A DNA stretch of 64,000 nt. Origin: Eledone cirrhosa (taxonomy: Eukaryota). Below, piece after piece: positions 1-12,140 of this stretch (positions are counted from its first letter, which is position 1; each line of letters begins with the position of its first letter). The stretch lies in NCBI GenBank assembly GCA_964016885.1, contig OZ024740.1, forward strand, positions 293,632,001-293,696,000, written 5' to 3'. The notes under the pieces are model-generated. The model made no database searches and was not told the origin of the DNA. It was given only the letters and a program-made list of their open reading frames with translations. Made by a program: the position numbers and the translations under genes.

Positions 1-364
1 CAGACACCCGGATGTAACATATGCGCAAACTAAGCACTCAAGTCACACACAAAAACAAGATGGCGTAGGACAGAACAAAGGAGAGGCTCAAAAAACAAAG
101 AAAAGAATCCCCAGTCACTGAAGAGGTCACAGAATATGTGACGAAAGAACGTTGACAATATATAAACAACCATCTGGTTGTGGAACCAACCAACCAACCG
201 GAAATTTATAAATTCCTAAATTTATAAATTTATTATAATAAATTGAAGTAAAAGCAACTGGTGCGTGTGTTTCTTAATGGCAACATGACCCTCCCAAAGT
301 ATAACAATATCGGTTTCAACACACGTTTTCAGATAAAGAATCTTGCTAAACAAATTCAGAAACG

Positions 365-367
<3 letters not shown>
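1..367 (+). mobile_element. 3' end (pseudo-LTR) of a Penelope-like element, diverged copy of the family at 23179-29260; continues left of the window
   Basis: Colinear with 28934-29260 and the reverse complement of 23179-23550 (cagacacccggatgt...ccccagtcactgaagaggtcac...ctcccaaagtataacaatatcggtttcaacac...caaattcagaaacgaaa). Ends at a (TA)n tract. Contains a degenerate hammerhead at 113-157. Confidence 0.85.
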
Positions 368-438
<71 letters not shown>

Positions 439-590
439 ACATATATATGAAAACACATATACATAAACGCACACACACATATATATACACACATACACGC
501 ACACATACAAATGCGTTCGTATATATACATACACATATACGCACATGCACACACATACTCATACATACATATATAAATCAACAACCATAT
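367..590. repeat. (TA)n microsatellite followed by mixed (CA/TA)n
   Basis: Seen directly; the overlapping IYIYIY ORFs are artefacts of the repeat. Confidence 0.95.
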
Positions 591-877
591 GAATAATTGG
601 GTACAAAATATACACAAGTATACATACATTAATACGACCGAGGGACAACGAAACAATCTGGAGTTAAAAACGCAAGTGACATGTAATGTTTGAAAGTTAA
701 AGTAAAAGGGGAAGTAAAATAAATATAATTATTATATAATTGTTAAAATATATCGTTAATGAATATCAAAAAGAAGAGTGGGGTCAACTAGTGGATGTAA
801 AGTAAAAGTAAATAAGTTGTAAAACTGATTAAGAGGTCTATAAAGAAGGTAAGTTAAGGAAATTGAAGAACAAGAGT

Positions 878-2978
878 TTATGGAGGATAAGTGTCTGAAA
901 GTGTGTTAAGTTTGTATGAGCTGGAAAGCAAATGTGATTTCATGTGTAGGCAACTGCTGAAAATTTCTGTTTTAGCATTTAGGCAGGTTTTTGGTGATTT
1001 AAGGTTCTGTAAAATCCAATATTTTCACTTATGCAGAGGGTGCTTCTTCTTGCTCATCTTGCGTATTCTTTAGATTGGTTCAGAATTGACCAATCCAATT
1101 TATACTGGATACCTTGGTCCTTCAAATCCCATATTCTGCTAACCAGAGCTGTTGTGAATCTTTTTTCAGGATATCGGAAAGATGCGACATGTGAATAATA
1201 ACGCGTTTTGAATTTGTCTTGAGTCATACCCACATATCGTTCACTGGTGGCTGGCTGGTTGGTGCTGGTGGTTGTCACTTTGGCCTCATATACAATGCCT
1301 TTGGTGTCGCATTTCCCTTGTAATGGGCATTGACTTTTAATTCTACAAGAACAATTTTGATATTCTCTGGGTGTTATCTTATTAATGGTATAAGAGGGAC
1401 CGACCGCAGGAGTAGCTGATTTTGACACAGTTTCTATTGAAAATCTTATAGTATCTATGTGTTCTGGGGAAATGTTTATCTAAGAGTTCTAGGAATTTTC
1501 TGCCTACATTAGTTTTAACTGCTAAAGAGTAGGGGGTGTGAACCAGATTATTTTTCTTTTCCTATTATTATGTTTAATGGAGTTAGCATTGTTGGGTATA
1601 TACTTAATAGGTTCATTGAAGCCACTATTTTGAAGGGCTTTATTATAGTAGGGGATGCTTTATTAAAAATAGCTTCTGAGGAAGAGAGGGTAGAGATCCT
1701 ACGGCTAATATTTGGGGAAAGATTTTTAAATACTATAGGAGGATGGCAAGAGCCTTTATTTATGTATTTTAAATTTCCATTGGGTTTATGGTACGGTTTA
1801 TAGGAAGCAGTAGGCAGCTCTAGGTTTATATCTAGAAAATTAACATTAGAAAGATTTGTGTCAATGGTAATTTTAAGATTAAAACTAGCGAAGGATGTTA
1901 TTATGTCTTTCCTGAACCTGTCTAAGTTATGGCCTATAGTTGTATGGGAAAGTATTAGACCATCATCACGATAAAGCCCAATGGTATGGTTAGGGAATTT
2001 CTCTTTAAGTGTATGGAGGAGGAATAGACCGACTAAATCACACACGTCAGCACTGTCAAAAGAACCCATTGAGACATCAAAGGAGTTCTCTGGGTTAGAT
2101 TTGTTTACCCAAGTTTCATTATTAGCAAACAGTAAAGTATTTCTAGCATGCAAAATGACATTCTCTTCAATATCAGAAATATCAGAAATATTAATAAACT
2201 TTCTAGCAAAATGTAATGCTTTCGTTAACAGAGGGAGAGTAATAGAGGGGTAGAAGTCTACAATGTCAAATTGGGTGAATCTAGAATTAGTTTTATCTTT
2301 AATATTTTTAAACCAATGTACTACAGAAGAGCTATTTATCCATTGGAGTAATCCTGACTAATATGTTTGTTTATGTTTTTAATATCTTTTTGCTAGCAAA
2401 GCCGATTTCTGTCTTAGCAGGTTGATTAACCTACAACTGAGACGATTATTAAAGTCTGATTTATGATCTTTAAGAGTGATCTAGGCATTTCGTTTTGCTA
2501 GTTTTTCTGTTCTATTGTCTATTTTTAATTTGCTAGCTAATTCTTTGGCTTCATTATTAATAGTGTTATAGGTGTTATTAGCTATTTGGTATTTAGAGGT
2601 GATGCTATCTGTTAAGAGTTGGTCATGTAAGTTATTATTAACTTCGTATAAATTTTTTGTTTTATGGGAGAAAAGGAACTTATTTTTAGAGATTTAAATT
2701 TAGAAATATTGTTAGAGTTTAGATTGAAAAATATTATAGTACTTACGGAATTTGATTTGGTTAATTAAGTCTAGTTCAAAAGCGGTCATGTCTTTTACCC
2801 TTTGAGATTTGATATCAAAATGTTCTGTAGAGTCCTTGATATCAAAATGTACTGTAGAGTCCATCGAAAATAATGCGCTCCATCTCATTCTCTTCACAAC
2901 TTTTTCTACTTTGTCGATCAAAATTTTAGTGTAGGAAGTGTTAGAAGGTGTTGATGTGTTCTTGATGGAGTAATCCAT
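878..2978 (-). mobile_element. Degenerate Penelope-like retroelement (RT plus C-terminal GIY-YIG endonuclease; resembles the Hydra clade), broken by stops and frameshifts
   Basis: ORF pieces in order: MDYSIKN..KVEKVVKRMRW (2712-2978); RT motifs FDVSMGSFDSADVCDLVG, LYRDDGL, VNFLD (1548-2153); CSC..CPLQGKC..GIVYEAKV..YVGMT..FKTRYYSH (1054-1428); C-terminal LCISEKYWI..LNAKTEIFSSCLH. The clade assignment is inference from memory of motifs. Confidence 0.85.
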
Positions 2979-3373
2979 GGCAGAAATATATATAAAAAAG
3001 AAGAAAAAGAAGAAAGAAGAAATAACGACAAAAGAAATTATGGAGGGGATAGGTAGAAAAAACCGTTGCTTTCAAATATTAGGTCAATTGAGGCAACCAA
3101 TCAATTGCTATAAACCATTGAATATCTTTAGTATTTGATTATGGTTAAGCTAATTATACTTATATAATATATCAAAATTAATCAATATACATTACTTTTC
3201 ATAGCCGTCACATATTTATTTAATTAAAAATTTATATTAGAATTGGAGCTCTGAAATAGCAATATATATATGGATGTAAATATAATGTATTTTGCAATAC
3301 ACTTTATGCTTAATTAAAAGCATTTTGAAGACCGTAAGCTATTGTTTTAAAGTAGTGACAAATTCACTCACTT

Positions 3374-3468
3374 TGATCTCAGCAAACAGGGGAGATAAGC
3401 CGACAAGTCTTGTTTCGCTTTGGTTGAAGCTTATCAAGGCCAACTACTCCACCTGTTTACTGAGATCA
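3374..3468 (-). ncRNA. Type I hammerhead ribozyme, unit 1 of the array (predicted cleavage GUC^ between 3402 and 3401)
   Basis: Minus strand reads GGCC UUGAUAA GCUU-CAACCA-AAGC GAAA CAAGACUUG UC^GGCU, enclosed by the long arms UGAUCUCAGUAAACAGG / CCUGUUUGCUGAGAUCA. Confidence 0.85.
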
Positions 3469-6400
3469 TTGATGTTATATTCTTATAGAAATCTAGTAAA
3501 TAATCAGAAGCTGATTATGCAGAGCGGTTGTTGGTCAGGAAGAAATTAAAAATTAGAATTGGAGCTCTGAAATAGCAATATATATATGGATGTATATATA
3601 ATGTATTTTGCAATACACTTTATGCTTAATTAAAAGCATTTTGAAGACCGTAAGCTATTGTTTTAAAGTAGTGACAAATTCACTCACTTTGATCTCAGCA
3701 AACAGGGGAGATAAGCCGACAAGTCTTGTTTCGCTTTGGTTGAAGCTTATCAAGGCCAACTACCCCACCTCTTTACTGAGATCATTGATGTTATATTCTT
3801 ATAGAAATCTAGTAAATAATCAGGAGCTGATTATGCAGAGTGGTTTTTGGTCAGGCAGAAATTAAAAATTAGAATTGGAGCTCTGAAATAGCAATATATA
3901 TATGGATGTATATATAATGTATTTTGCAATACACTTTATGCTTAATTAAAAGCATTTTGAAGACCGTAAGCTATTGTTTTAAAGTAGTGACAAATTCACT
4001 CACTTTGATCTCAGCAAACAGGGGAGATAAGCCGACAAGTCTTGTTTCGCTATGGTTGAAGCTTATCAAGGCCAACTACCCCACCTGTTTACTGAGATCA
4101 TTGATGTTATATTCTTATAGAAATCTAGTAAATAATCAGGAGCTGATTATGCAGAGTGGTTGTTGGTCAGGCAGAAATCAAAAATTAGAATTGGAGCTCT
4201 GAAATAGCAATATATATATGGATGTATATATAATGTATTTTGCAATACACTTTATGCTTAATTAAAAGCATTTTGAAGACCGTAAGCTATTGTTTTAAAG
4301 TAGTGACAAATTCAGTCACTTTGATCTCAACAAACAGGGGAGATAAGCCGACAAGTCTTGTTTCGCTTTGGTTGAAGCTTATCAAGGCCAACTACCCCAC
4401 CTGTTTACTGAGATCATTGATGTTATATTCTTATAGAAGTCTAGTAAATAATCAGGAGCTGATTATGAAGAGCGGTTGTTGGTCAGGCAGAAATTAAAAA
4501 TTAGAATTGGAGCTCTGAAATAGCATATATATATATATATGGATGTATATATAATGTATTTTGCAATAAACTTTATGCTTAATTAAAAGCATTTTGAAGA
4601 CCGTAAGCTATTGTTTTAAAGTAGTGACAAATTCACTCACATTGATCTCAGCAAACAGGGGAGATAAGCCGACAAGTCTTGTTTCGCTTTGGTTGAAGCT
4701 TATCAAGGCCAACTACCTCGCCTGTCTACTGAGATCAATGATGTTATATTATCATAGAAATCTAGTAAATAATCAGGAGCTGATTATGCAGAGTGGTTGT
4801 TGGTCAGGCAGAAATTAAAAATTAGAATTGGAGCTCTGAAATAGCAATATATATATGGATGTATATATAATGTATTTTGCAATACACTTTATGCTTAATT
4901 AAAAGCATTTTGAAGACCGTAAGCTATTGTTTTAAAGTAGTAACAAATTCACTCACTTTGATCTCAGCAAACAGGGGAGATAAACCGACAAGTCTTGTTT
5001 CGCTTTGGTTGAAGCTTATCAAGGCCAACTACCCCACCTGTTTACTGAGATCATTGATGTTATATTCTTATAGAAATCTAGTAAATAATCAGGAGCTGAT
5101 TACGCAGAGCGGTTGTTGGTCAGGCAGAAATTAAAAATTAGAATAGGAGCTCTGAAATAGCAATATATATATGGATGTATATATAATGTATTTTGCAATA
5201 CACTTTATGCTTAAATAAAAGCATTTTGAAGACCGTAAGCTATTGTTTTAAAGTAGTGACAAATTCACTCACTTTGATCTCAGCAAACAGGGGAGATAAG
5301 CCGACAAGTCTTGTTTCGCTTTGGTTGAAGCTTATCAAGGCCAACTACCCCACCTGTTTACTGAGATCATTGATGTTATATTCTTATAAAAATCTAGTAA
5401 ATAATCAGAAGCTGATTATGCAGAGCGGTTGTTGGTCAGGCAGAAATTAAAAATTAGAATTGGAGCTCTGAAATAGCAATATATATATGGATGTATATAT
5501 AATGTATTTTGCAATACACTTTATGCTTAATTAAAAGCATTTTGAAGACCGTAAGCTATTGTTTTAAAGTAGTGACAAATTCACTCACTTTGATCTCAGC
5601 AAACAGGGGAGATAAGCCGACAAGTCTTGTTTCGCTTTGGTTGAAGCTTATCAAGGCCAACTACCCCACCTCTTTACTGAGATCATTGATGTTATATTCT
5701 TATAGAAATCTAGTAAATAATCAGGAGCTGATTATGCAGAGTGGTTTTTGGTCAGGCAGAAATTAAAAATTAGAATTGGAGCTCTGAAATAGCAATATAT
5801 ATATGGATGTATATATAATGTATTTTGCAATACACTTTATGCTTAATTAAAAGCATTTTGAAGACCGTAAGCTATTGTTTTAAAGTAGTGACAAATTCAC
5901 TCACTTTGATCTCAGCAAACAGGGGAGATAAGCCGACAAGTCTTGTTTCGCTATGGTTGAAGCTTATCAAGGCCAACTACCCCACCTGTTTACTGAGATC
6001 ATTGATGTTATATTCTTATAGAAATCTAGTAAATAATCAGGAGCTGATTATGCAGAGTGGTTGTTGGTCAGGCAGAAATCAAAAATTAGAATTGGAGCTC
6101 TGAAATAGCAATATATATATGGATGTATATATAATGTATTTTGCAATACACTTTATGCTTAATTAAAAGCATTTTGAAGACCGTAAGCTATTGTTTTAAA
6201 GTAGTGACAAATTCAGTCACTTTGATCTCAACAAACAGGGGAGATAAGCCGACAAGTCTTGTTTCGCTTTGGTTGAAGCTTATCAAGGCCAACTACCCCA
6301 CCTGTTTACTGAGATCATTGATGTTATATTCTTATAGAAGTCTAGTAAATAATCAGGAGCTGATTATGAAGAGCGGTTGTTGGTCAGGCAGAAATTAAAA

Positions 6401-8123
6401 ATTAGAATTGGAGCTCTGAAATAGCATATATATATATATATGGATGTATATATAATGTATTTTGCAATAAACTTTATGCTTAATTAAAAGCATTTTGAAG
6501 ACCGTAAGCTATTGTTTTAAAGTAGTGACAAATTCACTCACATTGATCTCAGCAAACAGGGGAGATAAGCCGACAAGTCTTGTTTCGCTTTGGTTGAAGC
6601 TTATCAAGGCCAACTACCTCGCCTGTCTACTGAGATCAATGATGTTATATTATCATAGAAATCTAGTAAATAATCAGGAGCTGATTATGCAGAGTGGTTG
6701 TTGGTCAGGCAGAAATTAAAAATTAGAATTGGAGCTCTGAAATAGCAATATATATATGGATGTATATATAATGTATTTTGCAATACACTTTATGCTTAAT
6801 TAAAAGCATTTTGAAGACCGTAAGCTATTGTTTTAAAGTAGTAACAAATTCACTCACTTTGATCTCAGCAAACAGGGGAGATAAACCGACAAGTCTTGTT
6901 TCGCTTTGGTTGAAGCTTATCAAGGCCAACTACCCCACCTGTTTACTGAGATCATTGATGTTATATTCTTATAGAAATCTAGTAAATAATCAGGAGCTGA
7001 TTACGCAGAGCGGTTGTTGGTCAGGCAGAAATTAAAAATTAGAATAGGAGCTCTGAAATAGCAATATATATATGGATGTATATATAATGTATTTTGCAAT
7101 ACACTTTATGCTTAAATAAAAGCATTTTGAAGACCGTAAGCTATTGTTTTAAAGTAGTGACAAATTCACTCACTTTGATCTCAGCAAACAGGGGAGATAA
7201 GCCGACAAGTCTTGTTTCGCTTTGGTTGAAGCTTATCAAGGCCAACTACCCCACCTGTTTACTGAGATCATTGATGTTATATTCTTATAAAAATCTAGTA
7301 AATAATCAGAAGCTGATTATGCAGAGCGGTTGTTGGTCAGGCAGAAATTAAAAATTAGAATTGGAGCTCTGAAATAGCAATATATATATGGATGTATATA
7401 TAATGTATTTTGCAATACACTTTATGCTTAATTAAAAGCATTTTGAAGACCGTAAGCTATTGTTTTAAAGTAGTGACAAATTCACTCACTTTGATCTCAG
7501 CAAACAGGGGAGATAAGCCGACAAGTCTTGTTTCGCTTTGGTTGAAGCTTATCAAGGCCAACTACCCCACCTGTTTACTGAGATCATTGATGTTATATTC
7601 TTATAGAAATCTAGTAAATAATCAGGAGCTGATTATGCAGAGCGGTTGTTTGTCATGCAGAAATTAAAAATTAGAATAGGAGCTCTGAAATAGCAATATA
7701 TATATGGATGTATATATAATGTATTTTGCAATACATTTTATGCTTAATTAAAAACATTTTGAAGACCGTAAGCTATTGTTTTAAAGTAGTGACAAATTCA
7801 CTCACTTTGATCTCAGTAAACAGGGGAGATAAGCCGACAAGTCTTGTTTCGCTTTGGTTGAAGCTTATCAAAGCCAACTACCCCACCTGTTTACTGAGAT
7901 CATTGATGTTATATTCTTATAGAAATCTAGTAAATAATCAGGAGCTGATTATGAAGAGCGGTTGTTGGTCAGGCAGAAATTAAAAATTAGAATTGGAGCT
8001 CTGAAATAGCAATATATATATGGATGTATATATAATGTATTTTGCAATACACTTTATGCTTAATTAAAAGCATTTTGAAGACCGTAAGCTATTGTTTTAA
8101 AGTAGTGACAAATTCACTCACTT

Positions 8124-8218
8124 TGATCTCAGCAAACAGGGGAGATAAGCCGACAAGTCTTGTTTCGCTTTGGTTGAAGCTTATCAAGGCCAACTACCCC
8201 ACCTGTTTACTGAGATCA
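8124..8218 (-). ncRNA. Type I hammerhead ribozyme, consensus-type unit 16 (cleavage between 8152 and 8151); representative of the 26 units
   Basis: Stem I of about 28 positions with one U/C mismatch and a GUU bulge; core U3 U4 G5 A6 U7 A8 A9; stem II GCUU/AAGC; G12 A13 A14; stem III ACAA(G)/(C)UUGU; C17. Confidence 0.87.
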
Positions 8219-11200
8219 TTGATGTTATATTCTTATAGAAATCTAGTAAATAATCAGGAGCTGATTATGCAGAGCGGTTGTTGGTCAGGCAGAAATTAAA
8301 AATTAGAATTGGAGCTCTGAAATAGCAATATATATATGGATGTATATATAATGTATTTTGCAATACACTTTATGCTTAATTAAAAGCATTTTGAAGACCG
8401 TAAGCTATTGTTTTAAAGTAGTGACAAATTCACTCACTTTGATCTCAACAAACAGGGGAGATAAGCCGACAAGTCTTGTTTCGCTTTGGTTGAAGCTTAT
8501 CAAGGCCAACTACCCCACCTGTTTACTGAGATCATTGATGTTATATTCTTATAGAAATCTAGTAAATAATCAGGAGCTGATTATGAAGAGCGGTTGTTGG
8601 TCAGGCAGAAATTAAAAATTAGAATTGGAGCTCTGAAATAGCAATATATATATGGATGTATATATAATGTATTTTGCAATACACTTTATGCTTAATTAAA
8701 AGCATTTTGAAGACCGTAAGCTATTGTTATAAAGTAGTGACAAATTCACTCACTTTGATCTCAGCAAACAGGGGAGATAAGCCGACAAGTCTTATTTCGC
8801 TTTGGTTGAAGCTTATCAAGGCCAACTACCCCACCTGTTTACTGAGATCATTGATGTTATATTCTTATAGAAATCTAGTAAATAATCAGAAGCTGATTAT
8901 GCAGAGCGGTTGTTGGTCAGGCAGAAATTAAAAATTAGAATTGGAGCTCTGAAATAGCAATATATATATGGATGTATATATAATGTATTTTGCAATACAC
9001 TTTATGCTTAATTAAAAGCATTTTGAAGACCGTAAGCTATTGTTTTAAAGTAGTGACAAATTCACTCACTTTGATCTCAGCAAACAGGGGAGATACGCCG
9101 ACAAGTCTTGTTTCGCTTTGGTTGAAGCTTATCAAGGCCAACTACCCCACCTGTTTACTGAGATCATTGATGTTATATTCTTATAGAAATCTAGTAAATA
9201 ATCAGGAGCTGATTATGCAGAGCGGTTGTTTGTCATGCAGAAATTAAAAATTAGAATAGGAGCTCTGAAATAGCAATATATATATGGATGTATATATAAT
9301 GTATTTTGCAATACACTTTATGCTTAATTAAAAGCATTTTGAAGACCGTAAGCTATTGTTTTAAAGTAGTGACAAATTCACTCACTTTGATCTCAGCAAA
9401 CAGGGGAGATAAGCCGACAAGTCTTGTTTCGCTTTGGTTGAAGCTTATCAAGGCCAACTACCCCACCTGTTTACTGAGATCATTGATGTTATATTCTCAT
9501 AGAAATCTAGTAAATAATCAGGAGCTGATTATGCAGAGTGGTTGTTGGTCAGGCAGAAATTAAAAATTAGAATTGGAGCTCTGAAATAGCAATATATATA
9601 GGGATGTATATATAATGTATTTTGCAATACACTTTATGCTTAATTAAAAGCATTTTGAAGACCGTAAGCTATTGTTTTAAAGTAGTGACAAATTCACTCA
9701 CTTTGATCTCAGCAAACAGGGGAGATAAGCCAACAAGTCTTGTTTCGCTTTGGTTGAAGCTTATCAAGGCCAACTACCCCACCTGTTTACTGAGATCATT
9801 GATGTTATATTCTTATAGAAATCTAGTAAATAATCAGGAGCTGATTATGAAGAGCGGTTGTTGGTCAGGCAGAAATTAAAAATTAGAATTGGAGCTCTGA
9901 AATAGCAATATATATATGGATGTATATATAATGTATTTTGCAATACACTTTATGCTTAATTAAAAGCATTTTGAAGACCGTAAGCTATTGTTATAAAGTA
10001 GTGACAAATTCACTCACTTTGATCTCAGCAAACAGGGGAGATAAGCCGACAAGTCTTATTTCGCTTTGGTTGAAGCTTATCAAGGCCAACTACCCCACCT
10101 GTTTACTGAGATCATTGATGTTATATTCTTATAGAAATCTAGTAAATAATCAGGAGCTGATTATGCAGAGCGGTTGTTGGTCAGGCAGAAATTAAAAATT
10201 AGAATTGGAGCTCTGAAATAGCAATATATATATGGATGTATATATAATGTATTTTGCAATACACTTTATGCTTAATTAAAAGCATTTTGAAGACCGTAAG
10301 CTATTGTTTTAAAGTAGTGACAAATTCACTCACTTTGATCTCAGCAAACAGGGAAGATACGCCGACAAGTCTTGTTTCGCTTTGGTTGAAGCTTATCAAG
10401 GCCAACTACCCCACCTGTTTACTGAGATCATTGATGTTATATTCTTATAGAAATCTAGTAAATAATCAGGAGCTGATTATGCAGAGCGGTTGTTGGTCAG
10501 GCAGAAATTAAAAATTAGAATAGGAGCTCTGAAATAGCAATATATATATGGATGTATATATAATGTATTTTGCAATACACTTTATGCTTAATTAAAAGTA
10601 TTTTGAAGACCGTAAGCTATTGTTTTAAAGTAGTGACAAATTCACTCACTTTGATCTCAGCAAACAGGGGAGATAAGCCGACAAGTCTTGTTTCGCTTTG
10701 GTTGAAGCTTATCAAGGCCAACTACCCCACCTGTTTACTGAGATCATTGATGTTATATTCTCATAGAAATCTAGTAAATAATCAGGAGCTGATTATGCAG
10801 AGTGGTTGTTGGCCAGGCAGAAATTAAAAATTAGAATTGGAGCTCTGAAATAGCAATATATATATGGATGTATATATAATGTATTTTGCAATACACTTTA
10901 TGCTTAATTAAAAGCATTTTGAAGACCGTAAGCTATTGTTTTAAAGTAGTGACAAATTCACTCACTTTGATCTCAGCAAACAGGGGAGATACGCCGACAA
11001 GTCTTGTTTCGCTTTGGTTGAAGCTTATCAAGGCCAACTACCCCACCTGTTTACTGAGATCATTGATGTTATATTCTTATAGAAATCTAGTAAATAATCA
11101 GGAGCTGATTATGCAGAGCGGTTGTTGGTCAGGCAGAAATTAAAAATTAGAATAGGAGCTCTGAAATAGCAATATATATATGGATGTATATATAATGTAT

Positions 11201-11283
11201 TTTGCAATACACTTTATGCTTAATTAAAAGCATTTTGAAGACCGTAAGCTATTGTTTTAAAGTACTGACAAATTCACTCACTT

Positions 11284-11378
11284 TGATCTCAGCAAACAGG
11301 GGAGATAAGCCGACAAATCTTGTTTCGCTTTGGTTGAAGCTTATCAAGGCCAACTACCCCACCTGTTTACTGAGATCA
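11284..11378 (-). ncRNA. Type I hammerhead ribozyme, unit 26 (first in the direction of transcription)
   Basis: Same fold as the other units, with one substitution in the stem III loop region (cgacaaatct). Confidence 0.8.
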
Positions 11379-11769
11379 TTGATGTTATATTCTTATAGAA
11401 ATCTAGTAAATAATCAGGAGCTGATTATGCAGAGCGGTTGTTGGTCAGGCAGAAATTAAAAATTAGAATTGGAGCTCTGTTGACTGTTAACAGTGTGGCT
11501 GTTTCAATAGATGGAATTCATTATAGTCTGCTGTTGTCTATCATATATCAGAGTAGTCTTCATTGAAATTCCTAAGAATTATGTCACGACATCAAAATTA
11601 ACATTTTATTTAGGATTGCAACAGGGTAGTAGGTAATCCAGAATTGTTCTCCATGGCAGAAGACCTGCTTTCCCATGTGCACAGATTGAAGCATAGATAT
11701 AGTAGGCACCTCATAACCACTAAATTCCCTCCCACATCCATACACCTCCCGCCACCTAACACCCACTAA

Positions 11770-12140
11770 CATCTGATCACACCAACCTTACACTGTACAG
11801 TTGTCATGTTGCTATCAGTACAAAAAGCACCCAGCTTACACTTTGATGTGGTCATGTAGGTGCCATGACAAAAATCTCTCAGTCCACACTGTAAAATGTT
11901 TGTGTAGGTCTCACAACAAAAAGCACCCAGCCCACATAGTAAAGTGGTTGTGTAGGTATCATGACGAAAAGCACCCACTACACACTGTAAATGTGGTTGG
12001 TATTAGAAAGGGTATCCAGCTGTAGAAACCATACCAGAAATCATTTTTTATGAGCAAGACATGGTCACCTGACCCAACTTCCTGAAACAGGACAAGCCAT
12101 CTAACCCATGCTTGCATGGAAACTAGATGTTAAACAATAA
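11770..12140 (+). repeat. Degenerate ~49-bp tandem repeats running into a SINE/RTE-type 3' segment
   Basis: Recurrent aaaaagcacccagc...cacactgtaaa..gt..tgtagg, followed by gggtatccagctgtagaaa and acccatgcttgcatggaaa as in the SINE at 40347-40689. Confidence 0.55.

Larger units (their letters stand above)
3236..11479 (-). repeat. Tandem array of 26 x 316-bp units (two units of 321 bp), each carrying a hammerhead ribozyme; retrozyme-like satellite
   Basis: The marker ttagaattggagctctg recurs with 316-bp period from 3237 to 11479, and the ORF track shows 26 near-identical copies differing by scattered substitutions. Confidence 0.97.

Noticed and set aside
222-656. IYIY/CVCV ORFs here and at 29211-29469, 47385-47856 and 62468-62818
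   Set aside because: Translations of microsatellites.
3292-11459. 26 repeated 74-92 aa plus-strand ORFs (MQYTLCLIKS...) as a tandem gene family
   Set aside because: They start at TTG and show no recognisable domain; the RNA structure and splice signals point to the minus strand.
3236-11479. CRISPR array or microRNA cluster
   Set aside because: There are no unique spacers and no cas genes, and the context is eukaryotic. The long stem closes a three-way hammerhead junction rather than a simple pre-miRNA loop.
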